Of a stretch of 64,000 nt of DNA, positions 1-10,466 are shown piece after piece (within the stretch, counting starts at the first letter, position 1; every line of letters starts with the position of its first letter). The notes beneath the pieces are model-generated. The model was not told where the DNA came from and searched no databases. It saw only the letters and a program-made list of their open reading frames with translations. Both the position numbers and the translations under genes were made by a program. The stretch lies in NCBI GenBank assembly GCA_963783375.1, contig CAWANH010000003.1, positions 224,001 to 288,000 of the forward strand, written 5' to 3'. This DNA is from Candidatus Eiseniibacteriota bacterium. GTDB lineage: Bacteria > Eisenbacteria > RBG-16-71-46 > JABDJR01.

Positions 1-935
1 CGCAGGGCCCGGGCGGCGGCGGTCAGACGGTCGGTCATGGCCGAGGCCACGGGGCGATGGAGAATCAACCGGCTGGTGGCGGTGCAACGCTGGCCGGTCG
101 TGCCGAATGCCCCCCACAAGACCCCCTCCAGGGCCAGATCCAGATCGGCGTCATCCATCACGATCTGACCGTTCTTGCCCCCCAGCTCCAGGGAGACCCG
201 CTTGAGGGTTTCGCCGCATTGGCGGCCCAGGAGCCTCCCAACGTCGGTGGACCCGGTGAAGGAGACGACCTTGACGTCGGGGTGGGCAGCCAGAGGCGCA
301 CCTGCCCGCGGCCCGGTTCCGGTCACGAGATTCACCGCGCCATGGGGTACGCCTGCTTCCACCAGGCACTCGATGAATCCCACCGCGCAGGCGGGGGTCT
401 CCTCCGACGGCTTCAACACCACGGTGTTGCCGCACACCAGGGCGGGAAAGATCTTCCAGGCGGGAATGGCCATCGGGAAGTTCCAGGGAGTGATGATCCC
501 GCATACCCCGATCGGCATTCGGACGCTCATGCAGAGCTTGTTGGGAAGCTCGGAGGGGGTGGTGTCGCCGTGGAGACGGCGCCCCTCTCCCGCGGAGAAG
601 AAACCGCAGTCGATCGCTTCCTGGACGTCGCCACGGGATTCGGGGAGGATCTTCCCCATCTCCCGGGTCATGATCCCGGCGAGGTCATCCTTCCGGTCCT
701 GGAGGATCGCCGCCGCCCGCTGGATGATCTCCGCGCGCCTGGGGGCCGGCACCCGGCGCCATTCGTCGTAGGCTCGCCGGGCGGCGGCCACCGCGGCGTA
801 GACGTCGTTCTCGTCCGAGTCGGCAAAAAGTCCAACCAGGTCCTCATGGTCGGCCGGATTGCGATTCTCGAATGTCTTCCCGGAGCGTGCGGGTACCCAG
901 CGGCCGTCTATGAGGTTGTGATATGTCTCGGGCAT
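1..935 (-). CDS. NAD(P)-dependent aldehyde dehydrogenase (3' end runs off the window)
   Basis: Not in the ORF track because it has no stop in the window. Manual translation from ATG 935: MPETYHNLIDGRWV...ITPWNFP...VLKPSE...SFTGSTDVG...SLELGGKN...GQRCTA, with the catalytic Glu and Cys motifs of ALDH. Confidence 0.93.
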   Translation of the reverse strand, partial: MPETYHNLIDGRWVPARSGKTFENRNPADHEDLVGLFADSDENDVYAAVAAARRAYDEWRRVPAPRRAEIIQRAAAILQDRKDDLAGIMTREMGKILPESRGDVQEAIDCGFFSAGEGRRLHGDTTPSELPNKLCMSVRMPIGVCGIITPWNFPMAIPAWKIFPALVCGNTVVLKPSEETPACAVGFIECLVEAGVPHGAVNLVTGTGPRAGAPLAAHPDVKVVSFTGSTDVGRLLGRQCGETLKRVSLELGGKNGQIVMDDADLDLALEGVLWGAFGTTGQRCTATSRLILHRPVASAMTDRLTAAARAL

Positions 936-1059
936 GGCGCCTTCCCTCCGAGGCGCGGCAGGCCGCTCCCCCCCTATGGGCCCCGTTCGCCGGCGGTGAC
1001 CGATCGGCGGCCCGGAATACCGGCGGGCGCGACGGAGGCCGAATCCCGGACGGGGTCGA

Positions 1060-2808
1060 TTACCGAACGATCACGAATCGTCCGGTCGTGGTCTCCCCGG
1101 AAGCCTGAACGTAGAAGAAGTAGATGCCCGAGGCCGCGTCCTTGCCGTTGTCGTTCTTGAGGTCCCAGTCAATGGAGTCGGTCTCGCCGTCATGCTTGAG
1201 GGTGCGAATCAGGTCCCCGGACGAAGTGTAGATATCCACGGATGCCTTCGACGGTAGGTTGACGAACTGAACCCTGGGGGCTCCGGGGAACACCTGCTGT
1301 CCGGCCAGTCCCTTGGGATTGTAGGGGTTGGGAACCACCTTGACATTCTTGAGCAGAGGAATCTCGACCCGGGACGATTTGCCCGGATACACCGGCTGGG
1401 ACATCATGCCCTGGGCTTTGCTCTGCCGCTCAAAAATCGTGTAGTTGAGCGGGTTTGAGTTCGGTTCGATCCAGGCATCGAACCACGTGATCGAGTAGTA
1501 GTACGCGAAGCCGTTGAATGGGCCGGAAACCGGAGGCAGGTCGGGATTCCGTTCCCGATCGCGCTCGGTTCCGCGGGCGATGATGGAGTCCGGGTCCATG
1601 AAGATCCTGGGTCCGTTCACGCTGAAGGTCCACGTCGAGTCCAGAAGGGAGTAGGTCCGGAGGAGCTCGAAACTCGCGGTATCCGGAGTCTCCGATCTCC
1701 AGATCTGGTAGCCGGCGAAAATCGTATCGGAGAGGGAACTCGTAAAGACAACGGTGCGGGCGGTCGGATCGGCGACCGCGCGGGCGATGGGCGCCCCGGT
1801 TTGGATGTAGGTGCCCGACCACTGGGATGCGGTCGCATCCTGGAGATCGAGGATCTTGGGGGCGAGCCGGGGCTGCTTGGCGACCAGGACTCGGGAATTG
1901 TATGCCGTGATCTGGAGCGTGGACGACGAGATCTTCACTTTCCCCGTCACCACCGCGATCTGGCCCCGGTCGGTGAGCCCGGGTACATCGCCCAACCCAT
2001 CCAGATTGATTCCCCGGCCGGACCCGTCCTGAATGTACGTGCTCGTTTCCCCCACCGCCCCCAGGGGCTCATAAACCTGCCCGATCACGGTCCTTGTGGA
2101 TTCGAGGGGCGTGACGGAGGTATCCCGGACCACGGCGATGTTGGTCACGGATACGGGAACGGTCTGGAAGCCTACCGATGAGGGCCCGGTGAGAACCGCA
2201 CCCTCGGCCCCGGTCACGCCGCTCACGGAGACCGTGTAGGAGGTATCCTTGGGAAGCTCGGCCGCAGTCTGAAAGATCACGGTTTGGCGGTTATCCTGCA
2301 GCCGCACGCTCGAGACCGCGAGCGGCGGGCTGAAGGAGTAGTTCTGGGGATCGACGGCCTGGGTCGCGTTCACCGGACGGGAAAATCCCAACCCAACGTA
2401 GTCGGCGCCGAACTGGAAGGCGCCGGATATGGTGAGGTTGCTGGGATAGGTCGGAACGGGAGGATTCGCGGTACGGAACAGGTCCTGGCTGCTGCCGATG
2501 AGGACCCGGGGCGTTCCCTTGAAGATGTTGGCCGCCCCCCGCCCCGTCACCTCGGTACCCAGTTGGAACGCATTGACCGGAATTCCCAGCGCGCTTCGTA
2601 CCAGGAAGACAATGCTCGGCACGTTGAGTCGTTGGGCGGAGGTCAAGGTGTCCCCGGGGACCGGATTCCACTCCAGACGCACCACGCGATTCTCCGGCTG
2701 GATTACGGAGAAGTGCACTTCCTGGGCGCGGGCGACTCCGGCCGCCCCCGTTCCCAGGACGAGGACCGCCAGACCCGCCATGAGCGCACGGATCGTCCCT
2801 CTCGTCAT
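1060..2808 (-). CDS. Secreted multidomain protein (Ig-like, OB-fold-like, FN3-like) with C-terminal FlgD-Ig/T9SS-CTD-like domain
   Basis: Signal peptide ending ARA-Q. C-terminus VKVVPNPYNP...VDIYTSSGDLIRTL...WDLKNDNGKDAASGIYFFYV...GRFVIVR. Alternative GTG start at 2829. Confidence 0.8.
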   Translation of the reverse strand: MTRGTIRALMAGLAVLVLGTGAAGVARAQEVHFSVIQPENRVVRLEWNPVPGDTLTSAQRLNVPSIVFLVRSALGIPVNAFQLGTEVTGRGAANIFKGTPRVLIGSSQDLFRTANPPVPTYPSNLTISGAFQFGADYVGLGFSRPVNATQAVDPQNYSFSPPLAVSSVRLQDNRQTVIFQTAAELPKDTSYTVSVSGVTGAEGAVLTGPSSVGFQTVPVSVTNIAVVRDTSVTPLESTRTVIGQVYEPLGAVGETSTYIQDGSGRGINLDGLGDVPGLTDRGQIAVVTGKVKISSSTLQITAYNSRVLVAKQPRLAPKILDLQDATASQWSGTYIQTGAPIARAVADPTARTVVFTSSLSDTIFAGYQIWRSETPDTASFELLRTYSLLDSTWTFSVNGPRIFMDPDSIIARGTERDRERNPDLPPVSGPFNGFAYYYSITWFDAWIEPNSNPLNYTIFERQSKAQGMMSQPVYPGKSSRVEIPLLKNVKVVPNPYNPKGLAGQQVFPGAPRVQFVNLPSKASVDIYTSSGDLIRTLKHDGETDSIDWDLKNDNGKDAASGIYFFYVQASGETTTGRFVIVR

Positions 2809-2926
2809 CGCTTCGGATTTCCTCACCACGGCTTAGTCGTCCTCCCGAAATCGGGTCTACATGCAGAGGCGCCCCGCCCATCGCTGGAGCCGGGCGCCCC
2901 GATCATTCCAACACCATCGACCGGCA

Positions 2927-5197
2927 CTACGGGACCTGGCCCGGAGAGCGTTCCTCGTTGAACCAGTCGATCGTCCGGTTGAATACCTCCTGGAACTGAT
3001 CCGTCTTCAGCCAGTAGGGATCGAAGCCGAACCACTGGGTCCGGCCCTGGGCTCGATCGGGGTTGAGATCCCGGTACCGGATCGCGGTCAACCGATCGTT
3101 GTAGCTCGAATTGGTCCGAACCGCCTTGTAGATGTAGAGCGAGTCGATCTTGCCGGTCGCCGGGAACCCGTCAATGTTCTGGGAGTAGATCGGGTCGAAG
3201 ACGGCATCGGCATAGCCTATTGCTCTCCTGAACGGATTCCACCGGATCGAGTCCTGATCGGCCCTGGGATAAGGATTCACGTGCGTCGTATCGGATGGCG
3301 GCCACGGGTACGGCACCACGCCGATCATGTTGTCGTTCGCGGATGTCGGGGTGGGGTTCGTACGGTTGCCGGACTTGGCATTCTCGATGCTGTTCGAGGC
3401 CAGCTTCATGAAGTCGTAGGCGAAGTCGCCCGGCTCAGGAGCCAGCGGATAGAGGTTGTTGGCGGAGGTTCCGCCCTTCACCATGTCCGCAACCGTGTAT
3501 TTTCCGAACACCCAAAGCTTCCCGCCCGCGGCAAGGTAGGCTCCAAGGTACCGGTTCTTGTATCCCGTGACATCGAAGAGGGCGCTCACGCCGTTGTACC
3601 CGAGATCGGCGTTCCAGATGATGAGCTGGAACTGGCCCAGGAAATCGATGGCGGGCCAGACCGGCGGGATGTGTTCGCTGTCGTTCAAACCGAAGGAGGA
3701 GAAGGTGTAGACGCTGTCCAGCGGCCCGGTGACGGGGAACCGCCCGGAATTCTGGAACATGTCTTTCCAGAACGCGTCCACCATCACATCGGTGGGCTCG
3801 TAACCTCCCAGATTCCGGATGTCGTCCACGAAGAGGACCTTGTGATCCAGTTCGAAGTCGACGAAGTGGAGAAGGATGCTGACGGTGGTAATCGTCCCCG
3901 ACGTATCCCGAACCCGGACGTAGAACACGTGGGTCGAGACGTTATCCACGATGATGGGAGCGGGAACGCGGTCCGTCTTCCCCCACCCGCTCCACCCCGA
4001 ACCGGGTCCGTCCCGATCCAGATCGGGGATGTCGAATCCCCAGCTGTACGCATCGATGGCGCCGCCGTACTCCTCGGCGTTTGCCGACCAGTTGAAGCGG
4101 AGCTTTCCTCCCACCGGGACCTTGACCTCGGCCGGCCTGGCGGATCCGTTACCGGAGAAAGAACCAAGGGCAGGCTCACGAACCGTTAGCGTGGGAGAGC
4201 CGGCGTCGTGAAAGGACTGGAACCTGAAGGCGTTCCGGGCCCCGTCCAGGAACGGCTCCACCGCGTTGGCCACGTCGACGGCGCGAACCCCGAAGATGTA
4301 GCCGTCACCTTCGGTCAGGAAGAAGGTCTTCTTCAGGGTATCCGCGGACTGGTAGTGCCACGCCGGATCTCCCTTGTCATCCGTGTTCGGCCGGGGATGG
4401 GAATAGAGAAAACTGGGGTTTACGTGGGTCAGCAAGGGCGGAGGTTGGAGAAGACTCACGTCCAGGAGCTTGTAGAGGTAGCCCACGGGTTTCTTCCTGG
4501 GGTCGGGCGAGTCCCCATCGGTCCCGTCCCAGGAAATGGTGATGGTGGGTCCCACATTCAGGAACCCGCTTTCGGTCTGGCTCTTGATATTCGGTTTGGT
4601 GATCTCGGACGTCGGTGCCAGGGTGCTGGCGGTATAGGCCAGCTTCGAGTTCGAGTCGAGGATCGAATAGGCCCCGTCATCGTCCTGACAACGAACGTAG
4701 ATCCGGTGCAGCCCGGAGAATTCACCGGTCGGCTTGAGCTGGGTCCCTTGGGCCGCCGAGTCCGCATTGTCGGTGGTGAACGCGAAAGAGTGGTTGAACT
4801 CCGGCGTCTTCACCCACAGGAAAGAATACGTCTTCCCGTCCACGACCTTCGACACGACCAGCGTGTCTTCCTTGATCGAAGGTCCCGGAATGATCCGGAT
4901 GTTGATGTCGGGAAAGCTGTCCGGCCTTGCGATCTCCAGCTCGCTGAATTTTGCGGGCGGATCCACGGCATATTCGTAATGGTCGACGATGCCGTCGTAA
5001 TCCCATCCGGACCAGTAGACCCGCGCGGTATAGCTCTGCCGCGACCCTTCCAGCGGCCCACCCGTGATCTTCACGAAGGGCTGGTCGTTGGGAATCAGGT
5101 GTCCGGTCTTGTTGCTGCCGCACCCCGCGGCCATGACGGAAAGCAATATCGCAATCGGCACGGCCAGGGTGCCCCTCAGGAATCTTGGTTTGCGCAT
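2927..5197 (-). CDS. Large lipoprotein with three Ig-like repeats and a C-terminal alpha/beta domain
   Basis: Lipobox AAG-C. Repeats YWSGWDYDG..YEY, ISWDGTDGD..GYLY, FNWSANAEEYGG..AYSW, each followed by a strand of the type YVRCQD/GVRAVD/YVRVRD. C-domain VLFVDD...IIWN...YLAAGGKLWVFG. Confidence 0.8.
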   Translation of the reverse strand: MRKPRFLRGTLAVPIAILLSVMAAGCGSNKTGHLIPNDQPFVKITGGPLEGSRQSYTARVYWSGWDYDGIVDHYEYAVDPPAKFSELEIARPDSFPDINIRIIPGPSIKEDTLVVSKVVDGKTYSFLWVKTPEFNHSFAFTTDNADSAAQGTQLKPTGEFSGLHRIYVRCQDDDGAYSILDSNSKLAYTASTLAPTSEITKPNIKSQTESGFLNVGPTITISWDGTDGDSPDPRKKPVGYLYKLLDVSLLQPPPLLTHVNPSFLYSHPRPNTDDKGDPAWHYQSADTLKKTFFLTEGDGYIFGVRAVDVANAVEPFLDGARNAFRFQSFHDAGSPTLTVREPALGSFSGNGSARPAEVKVPVGGKLRFNWSANAEEYGGAIDAYSWGFDIPDLDRDGPGSGWSGWGKTDRVPAPIIVDNVSTHVFYVRVRDTSGTITTVSILLHFVDFELDHKVLFVDDIRNLGGYEPTDVMVDAFWKDMFQNSGRFPVTGPLDSVYTFSSFGLNDSEHIPPVWPAIDFLGQFQLIIWNADLGYNGVSALFDVTGYKNRYLGAYLAAGGKLWVFGKYTVADMVKGGTSANNLYPLAPEPGDFAYDFMKLASNSIENAKSGNRTNPTPTSANDNMIGVVPYPWPPSDTTHVNPYPRADQDSIRWNPFRRAIGYADAVFDPIYSQNIDGFPATGKIDSLYIYKAVRTNSSYNDRLTAIRYRDLNPDRAQGRTQWFGFDPYWLKTDQFQEVFNRTIDWFNEERSPGQVP

Positions 5198-5207
5198 GGC
5201 ACTCACC

Positions 5208-6902
5208 TCAGGGCACAAGCTTCACGTTGAAGATGACGGTGATCCGACTTTGTTTACCACCGGAGTCCTTGGCTGTAAGAATCAGGGAATTGATCCCTCC
5301 CCTGATCACGCCGTTACCTCCTGCCGGGTCGACGGAGAAGAAGCGGATCCCGTCTCCACCCTGGCCGGGGGGCTCGAAGCGGATACCCGCGCGGTTGAGT
5401 TGGGCGCTGTATTCACTGATCGAGCTCAACTCCTCTTCAACGACGGCGTTGAAATCACGGGGATCCTGGTTGGGGGGAGGGGAGTGATTGTCGGAGGCGT
5501 GAAAGCGAACCTCGAGGTCGGGATACTCCCCACTCGGTCCCTTCGCAACCTCCACGGTGGTGGTTTCGGGATCAGACGTCCCTGAGGGGGTCGGAAACCA
5601 GATTGGCGATTCACTGCCGGTCGCCGGATCGATGTAAGAGACCTTGGTGAAGAACGCGCGGTAGTTCACGTTCACCATGAGAGACTCGGGCTGTCCCCAC
5701 CGCCCCAGCTCATCCTGGGCCCGGATCAGGAACGTGTAGTTTCCCGAGGTCAGGTCGTTGGTCGCCGGCCAGGGTTTGGCGAGGAAGTAGGTGGCGGCCT
5801 CGGGGAACTTGAACTTGACGCTGAAGGAATCGGGCAGGGTCTGGTAGGCAAACCCCAATCCCCCCTCCAGTCGTCTCGCTCCGTAGTGGGTGACTCCCCC
5901 ACGGTTGGCGGGGTTGACCACCATGTCCCGGGGATCATCGAAACCGGTGAAGTTGAACTGGATCTTACGCGCCGTTCCCTTGTCGGCCAGGGTGGTTCCG
6001 CTCGGATAGGTTTGATTGGTGGCCGGCACCTGGAAGACCTTCCGATGGACCGGGGTCGAGCTGGCCGGGTCCACGACCCAGGTGATCGGGGCGAAGTTGA
6101 CCACCACCGATCGAACGGAGTCCGGCTGGGTGACTCCGCCGGCGTCGTCGATGGCCCGCACGCGGAGGGCCTCCATCCCGGAGTAGTAGGTCGTGGCGTC
6201 TCCCTGCTTCGCGGCCCCGAATTCCTTGGTCCACATCGTGTCGGCCAACGTCCCGCCCCGGAAGATGGGATCTCCCTCGGCCCGATACTTGTAACCGACG
6301 ACGTATCCGCCCTGGTCCACGTCGAAGCCGGACCAGGTGACGGTGATCCTGCCCCCCACCCCGATGGTGTCGGTCGGCGAATACTGGTCAATGGATGTCA
6401 GGAGAACCGACGTATCGATCCCGGCAGAAGTGGTCCAACTCCCGATCGCCGAATGGAAGACGACGTTGGGCGGGTTGAAGTCATGGGCGACGAAGTACGC
6501 CCAGGCGGGGGTAGGATCGACCTTTCCCTCGTTGTCCACCGAACGCACGTAGAACCGATGGCCCAGAATCTGAGGATCGTTGGCCTGAAGAACGAACAGG
6601 CTGTCGGATTTCTCGGTGCGATAGAACCCGTTGAATCCGGGGGTGGTTTCACCGGGACCGAAGCTGGTATCGGTCACCGAAAATTCAAAATGATCGATCC
6701 GACCGTCGGGGTCCGCCCCGGTCCAGTAGAGGTGCACCCGGTAGTAGGCGAGACTACTCTCCGCAGGAGCCCCGGTGATGAATGTCTCGGGGGGAAGGTT
6801 TCGGTCGAAATTCGAAGGATTCTCGCGGCGACAGCTCCACAGGAAAAGCAGCCCGGGAAGGCAGAACCATCCAAGCAGCCCCGCCCAACGCGACAGCTTC
6901 AT
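5208..6902 (-). CDS. Lipoprotein with Ig-like repeats, related to the downstream lipoprotein
   Basis: ATG 6902 after AGGAG; lipobox LWS-C. Repeats YWTGADPDG/FYVRSVD, TWSGFDVD/LRVRAID, FTGFDDP/LIRAQD. Confidence 0.8.
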   Translation of the reverse strand: MKLSRWAGLLGWFCLPGLLFLWSCRRENPSNFDRNLPPETFITGAPAESSLAYYRVHLYWTGADPDGRIDHFEFSVTDTSFGPGETTPGFNGFYRTEKSDSLFVLQANDPQILGHRFYVRSVDNEGKVDPTPAWAYFVAHDFNPPNVVFHSAIGSWTTSAGIDTSVLLTSIDQYSPTDTIGVGGRITVTWSGFDVDQGGYVVGYKYRAEGDPIFRGGTLADTMWTKEFGAAKQGDATTYYSGMEALRVRAIDDAGGVTQPDSVRSVVVNFAPITWVVDPASSTPVHRKVFQVPATNQTYPSGTTLADKGTARKIQFNFTGFDDPRDMVVNPANRGGVTHYGARRLEGGLGFAYQTLPDSFSVKFKFPEAATYFLAKPWPATNDLTSGNYTFLIRAQDELGRWGQPESLMVNVNYRAFFTKVSYIDPATGSESPIWFPTPSGTSDPETTTVEVAKGPSGEYPDLEVRFHASDNHSPPPNQDPRDFNAVVEEELSSISEYSAQLNRAGIRFEPPGQGGDGIRFFSVDPAGGNGVIRGGINSLILTAKDSGGKQSRITVIFNVKLVP

Positions 6903-6970
6903 CGACAAAGAACTCCTTTCGAGCCGGCACAGACGCCTCCGCTTTTGGGGTTGCCTCCCGTGAGGAACGA

Positions 6971-7000
6971 AAAGTACCAGAGCCCCGTTTCCCCTGTCAA
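6971..7000 (-). promoter_or_regulatory. Putative sigma70 promoter of the lipoprotein operon
   Basis: TTGACA-N18-TACTTT with TGn extended -10, about 70 nt upstream of ATG 6902. Confidence 0.6.
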
Positions 7001-7044
7001 GCCCCGGAGGGGTTGGGCGGAATGGCCCGAACCCCCTTTGCCCC

Positions 7045-7087
7045 TTAAAAGACAAGGGGTTGGAGGCTAAGCCTCCAACCCCTCGTC
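7045..7087 (-). terminator. Intrinsic terminator of the 1112-aa secreted protein gene
   Basis: Perfect stem AGGGGTTGGAGGC/GCCTCCAACCCCT, followed by a TCTTTT tract on the minus strand, ~40 nt after the stop at 7128. Confidence 0.8.
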
Positions 7088-7127
7088 AGGATCTACCGGC
7101 AGGTGCCGGCATGAGAGCTACTGGTCT

Positions 7128-10100
7128 TTAGTTGCCGTTCCGAACGACGACCAGCTTCTTGGCGAGATCCTCGCCGTTGGCCCGCAGACGGTAGAAATAC
7201 ACGCCGCTGGCCACCGGGCGGGAATTCCCGTCCGTGGCATCCCACTGGACCGTGTTCGGACCTTCCTGAGCGATACCGTCGAAGACGGTGCGCACCAGGC
7301 GGCCGTTCACGTCGAAGATGTCCACGGAAGCCTTGCCCTCACGCGCCATGACGAACTGGAGAGTTCCCTTGGCGCCGCTCATGAGCGGGTTGGGGGCAAA
7401 GTTGGCGAGCGCCGTCTTGAACTTGCTGTCGGTGATCGGCGGCGGCACAGGGACACCAGCCGTCGGGTCGGCGCAAGCAACGCCCGTATCGTACCCGAAG
7501 AAGTGCAGCACTTCGTGCAGACGCTCGGTCACTGCGGCCTCGTTCGGGTAGTTCGCGGTCGTGAACAGACACGCCTCACCCGTGTCGCGACGATAGTGCA
7601 CCGACAAACCGTCCACCACGGTCTGGTAGGCCGGGGTGGTCGAGGCGTTGGTGATCGACGCGTACTGATAGGTATCGGTGCCGTTGCCGTACTCCTCGTC
7701 TCCCTGCGGCAGGCCGGTGGCGCCGGAGGCGGGGGCGAGGAGGTCGAACGAACGGAACGACGGACAGCCGTTGCCCTGGGCCAGATGACTCACGCTACGT
7801 CCCAGGTTGTTGGCAGCCCGGGGGGTCGGCGAGACAATCGGATCCAGATTCAGACAGGCGGTCGTATCGGCAACGCTGGCCGGGCCGCACCCGGCGTCAC
7901 GCACCGTGGCGCAGGTCCAGTCCACACCGCAGATCTGGCGGAGCAGATAGAGAGGGCCGGTGCCTTCGCCCAGGACCTCTTCGTTGATGGACTCAGCGAT
8001 ACCGTTCCCGCTCAGGTACAGGTTGTTGCCGCCGATTCCGAGCAGGGTCAGCCACGGAGTCAGGACTTCGGCGTCCTCCTTCACGAGGTTCACACCGTTC
8101 AGGTTGCCGCTGTTCCAGACGATCGTCTTGTAGCCGAAGGTCTGGTTGACGGTGGCGCCGTACTGGGTGTTGAGAGGCCGGCCGAAGGACCCCTGATCGC
8201 TCGAGGGAGCGCGGACGTCCCACCGATCCCAACCCACACCCTCGAAGTTGTTCGAGCCGCTGGGGAGGAACGTGGAGAGGCCGGCTTCGATGAAGTTCTG
8301 CGCCCCACGGAGGTCGAAGTGATCCACGTACAGCACGCAGTTGAACGTGGAATCGGCCGCCATGGAGGAAGGCATGACTTCCATCTCGTAGAAGTTGCCG
8401 CCGCTGGTGTCAGGGTCGACGTACCAGGAGGCCCCGCTTGGAATGAAGCGGGCGCGGTACATCATGCTGACACGGGTGCCGGGGGTGAAGAGATCATCCG
8501 GGAAGATGTCGTTCTTCAGCCGGCTGTAGTGACCGAGAGGATCGATCTCGGAGGCGGTCGAGTCGCGCGCGACGTCGCTCGCGGCCGGCCGGCCACCCGG
8601 GTTGTCCTCGTGATAGGCGGTCATCCAGGTACCCACCACCTTGGCCCCGCCCTGCTCGGCGGTGTCCATCCGGGCCGCGTACCAGTCCTGGCCGTTGTGG
8701 AGACCGACGTGCGTGATGAAGCCGTTGGTGAGCCAGGCGTTCAGATTCGAGGTGTTGATGCCGGGTCCCGCATGAACCGCGAACTCGACCCACACCTCGG
8801 CTCCGCCCGTACCGCCGTTGACGATCAGGGTGTCACCGAGGGCCGACAGGGGCTCGGGCGAGGTGAATCCCTTCACGTTGTTGCAGTCGAGCCGACCGGC
8901 GTTGTCCTGACGAAGCAGGCCGCTGGACGGGAAGGAGTCCTGCGGGTAGTCGACGACCGACACCGACAGGAAGGGCGCGGCCGGATCGCCGTAGAGGCCG
9001 AAACGGAGGTTGTCGAACCACGGGGTGCTGTTGGTGATGTTCGTGCAATTGCCGTAGAACTGGCAATAGTTCAGCATCCCGATGGCGATACGCATCTGCT
9101 CGGCGCCCACGTCGGCGACGGTGCTGAAGTCGATGTCCACCGGATCGGCGTCGTCACGGCAGGTAGGAACCCCACCGAAGTAACGCACGTACCCGTCCGA
9201 AGTGAACGGGGCGGTGTAGATCAACTGGGTCGCTTCGCAGGTGGCCGGGTACCACTGGACGTTGGTCTGCACGAAGATGTAGTTCTTCAGGGGCAGCTCG
9301 AAGTACCCGTAGAACTCCATCAGCTTGCCCGGGGAACCGTTGAGGCCGGCCTCAACCAGGTCGATCCAGGGCGAAGCGGCGATATTGTCCTGCAGGAAGG
9401 TGTGACCACCGGAGTTCGGGTCCGTGAAGACCAGGACCGAGTCGGTCAGGTTGCACCCGCAGGGATCGCCAACGGCCGCGGAGTTGAACGGAACGATGTT
9501 CGAGTACTCACCGCCCTGGCCCTCGGCCGGGGGCAGAAGGAGCCAGCCGTCGTCGCCGGTCTCGAACGTGTCGGTGGTGCTGTTCCCGCCGCCGTTCACC
9601 GCGACATCGTCCACCGCGAAGCCACCGCACGTGGTCGGGTTGAACCCGTCCTCGTCCGAGTAGGCACCGTCGGAGGAGATGCAGTACTTCAGCGTGTAGG
9701 TCCCGGCGTCCGACCGCATGTCGGTGCCCGGGGTCAGCGAGAAGCTGGCGGCGGACGCGGCGATGGTGCCGGTGTACCGGACGATCTCGATGTCCGGATC
9801 CGTGCCGTCTCCGCTCGTGTCGACGTAGGCGATGCCGTAGTCGAAGTTCGTCTCGGTGTCGTTGGTGTAGTTCCAGCCCCACGTGACGTTGCCGCCACCG
9901 TTGTAGCTGAAGTCCTTGCCGACGCAGATGAACCAGTTGTTGCCGTAGCCCTGGCCGTCCGCGTAGCAAAGATCGTTGGCTTCGGTCAGCAGAGCGCCGG
10001 CCCACAACGAGGCGTTTCCACCCAGACCCGCCGGACTTCCGACGCACGGGGTTCCATCCCACGCCGCACCGGTGGTCAGGCGGCGGAAGTAGGTCAACTC

Positions 10101-10466
10101 GCTGTAGGTGTTGTCAATCCCAACCCATCCTTCCATCAGGGTGTGAAGGGCGGCGTTCTTGTACGGATTGGCGTAGGAAACGGGCGCGAAAGTGGAAGCG
10201 GTTCCGGTGTCAAAGGTCCAGAGACCGTTCTGATTCGCTTCCCAGCGGTTGTCCACCGCATCCCAGTGGGTGCCACCGAACCAGGTGGTTCCCGCTACAG
10301 CCGTTCCGAACACCCCCGGATTGCTCGTCTGCATGGCGTCGGTCGTCTTCGACAGGTCCATGTACATGAACTTGTCGAGCTTGCCGGCCTGCTCCGCGGG
10401 CTTCGCGAAAGCAACGGCCGTCAACGCCACGACGAGCATCAGGGTGATGCTCAAGGCTTTTCTCAT
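7128..10466 (-). CDS. Large Cys/Asp/Gly-rich secreted protein (1112 aa) with C-terminal FlgD-Ig/T9SS-CTD-like domain; candidate major surface protein
   Basis: True start ATG 10466 (GGAGG SD), MRKALSITLMLVVALTAVAFA signal peptide. C-terminus FAPNP...VDIFDVNGRLVRTV...WDATDGNSRPVASGVYFYRL...KKLVVVR. Confidence 0.85.
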   Translation of the reverse strand: MRKALSITLMLVVALTAVAFAKPAEQAGKLDKFMYMDLSKTTDAMQTSNPGVFGTAVAGTTWFGGTHWDAVDNRWEANQNGLWTFDTGTASTFAPVSYANPYKNAALHTLMEGWVGIDNTYSELTYFRRLTTGAAWDGTPCVGSPAGLGGNASLWAGALLTEANDLCYADGQGYGNNWFICVGKDFSYNGGGNVTWGWNYTNDTETNFDYGIAYVDTSGDGTDPDIEIVRYTGTIAASAASFSLTPGTDMRSDAGTYTLKYCISSDGAYSDEDGFNPTTCGGFAVDDVAVNGGGNSTTDTFETGDDGWLLLPPAEGQGGEYSNIVPFNSAAVGDPCGCNLTDSVLVFTDPNSGGHTFLQDNIAASPWIDLVEAGLNGSPGKLMEFYGYFELPLKNYIFVQTNVQWYPATCEATQLIYTAPFTSDGYVRYFGGVPTCRDDADPVDIDFSTVADVGAEQMRIAIGMLNYCQFYGNCTNITNSTPWFDNLRFGLYGDPAAPFLSVSVVDYPQDSFPSSGLLRQDNAGRLDCNNVKGFTSPEPLSALGDTLIVNGGTGGAEVWVEFAVHAGPGINTSNLNAWLTNGFITHVGLHNGQDWYAARMDTAEQGGAKVVGTWMTAYHEDNPGGRPAASDVARDSTASEIDPLGHYSRLKNDIFPDDLFTPGTRVSMMYRARFIPSGASWYVDPDTSGGNFYEMEVMPSSMAADSTFNCVLYVDHFDLRGAQNFIEAGLSTFLPSGSNNFEGVGWDRWDVRAPSSDQGSFGRPLNTQYGATVNQTFGYKTIVWNSGNLNGVNLVKEDAEVLTPWLTLLGIGGNNLYLSGNGIAESINEEVLGEGTGPLYLLRQICGVDWTCATVRDAGCGPASVADTTACLNLDPIVSPTPRAANNLGRSVSHLAQGNGCPSFRSFDLLAPASGATGLPQGDEEYGNGTDTYQYASITNASTTPAYQTVVDGLSVHYRRDTGEACLFTTANYPNEAAVTERLHEVLHFFGYDTGVACADPTAGVPVPPPITDSKFKTALANFAPNPLMSGAKGTLQFVMAREGKASVDIFDVNGRLVRTVFDGIAQEGPNTVQWDATDGNSRPVASGVYFYRLRANGEDLAKKLVVVRNGN

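Noticed and set aside
57-1160. 367-aa + strand ORF and the many other long antisense or alternate-frame ORFs (e.g. 7503-10496, 25111-28911, 37645-40590, 54686-56575)
   Set aside because: Shadow ORFs expected at high GC. They overlap well-supported genes and have low-complexity Arg/Gly/Pro-rich translations.
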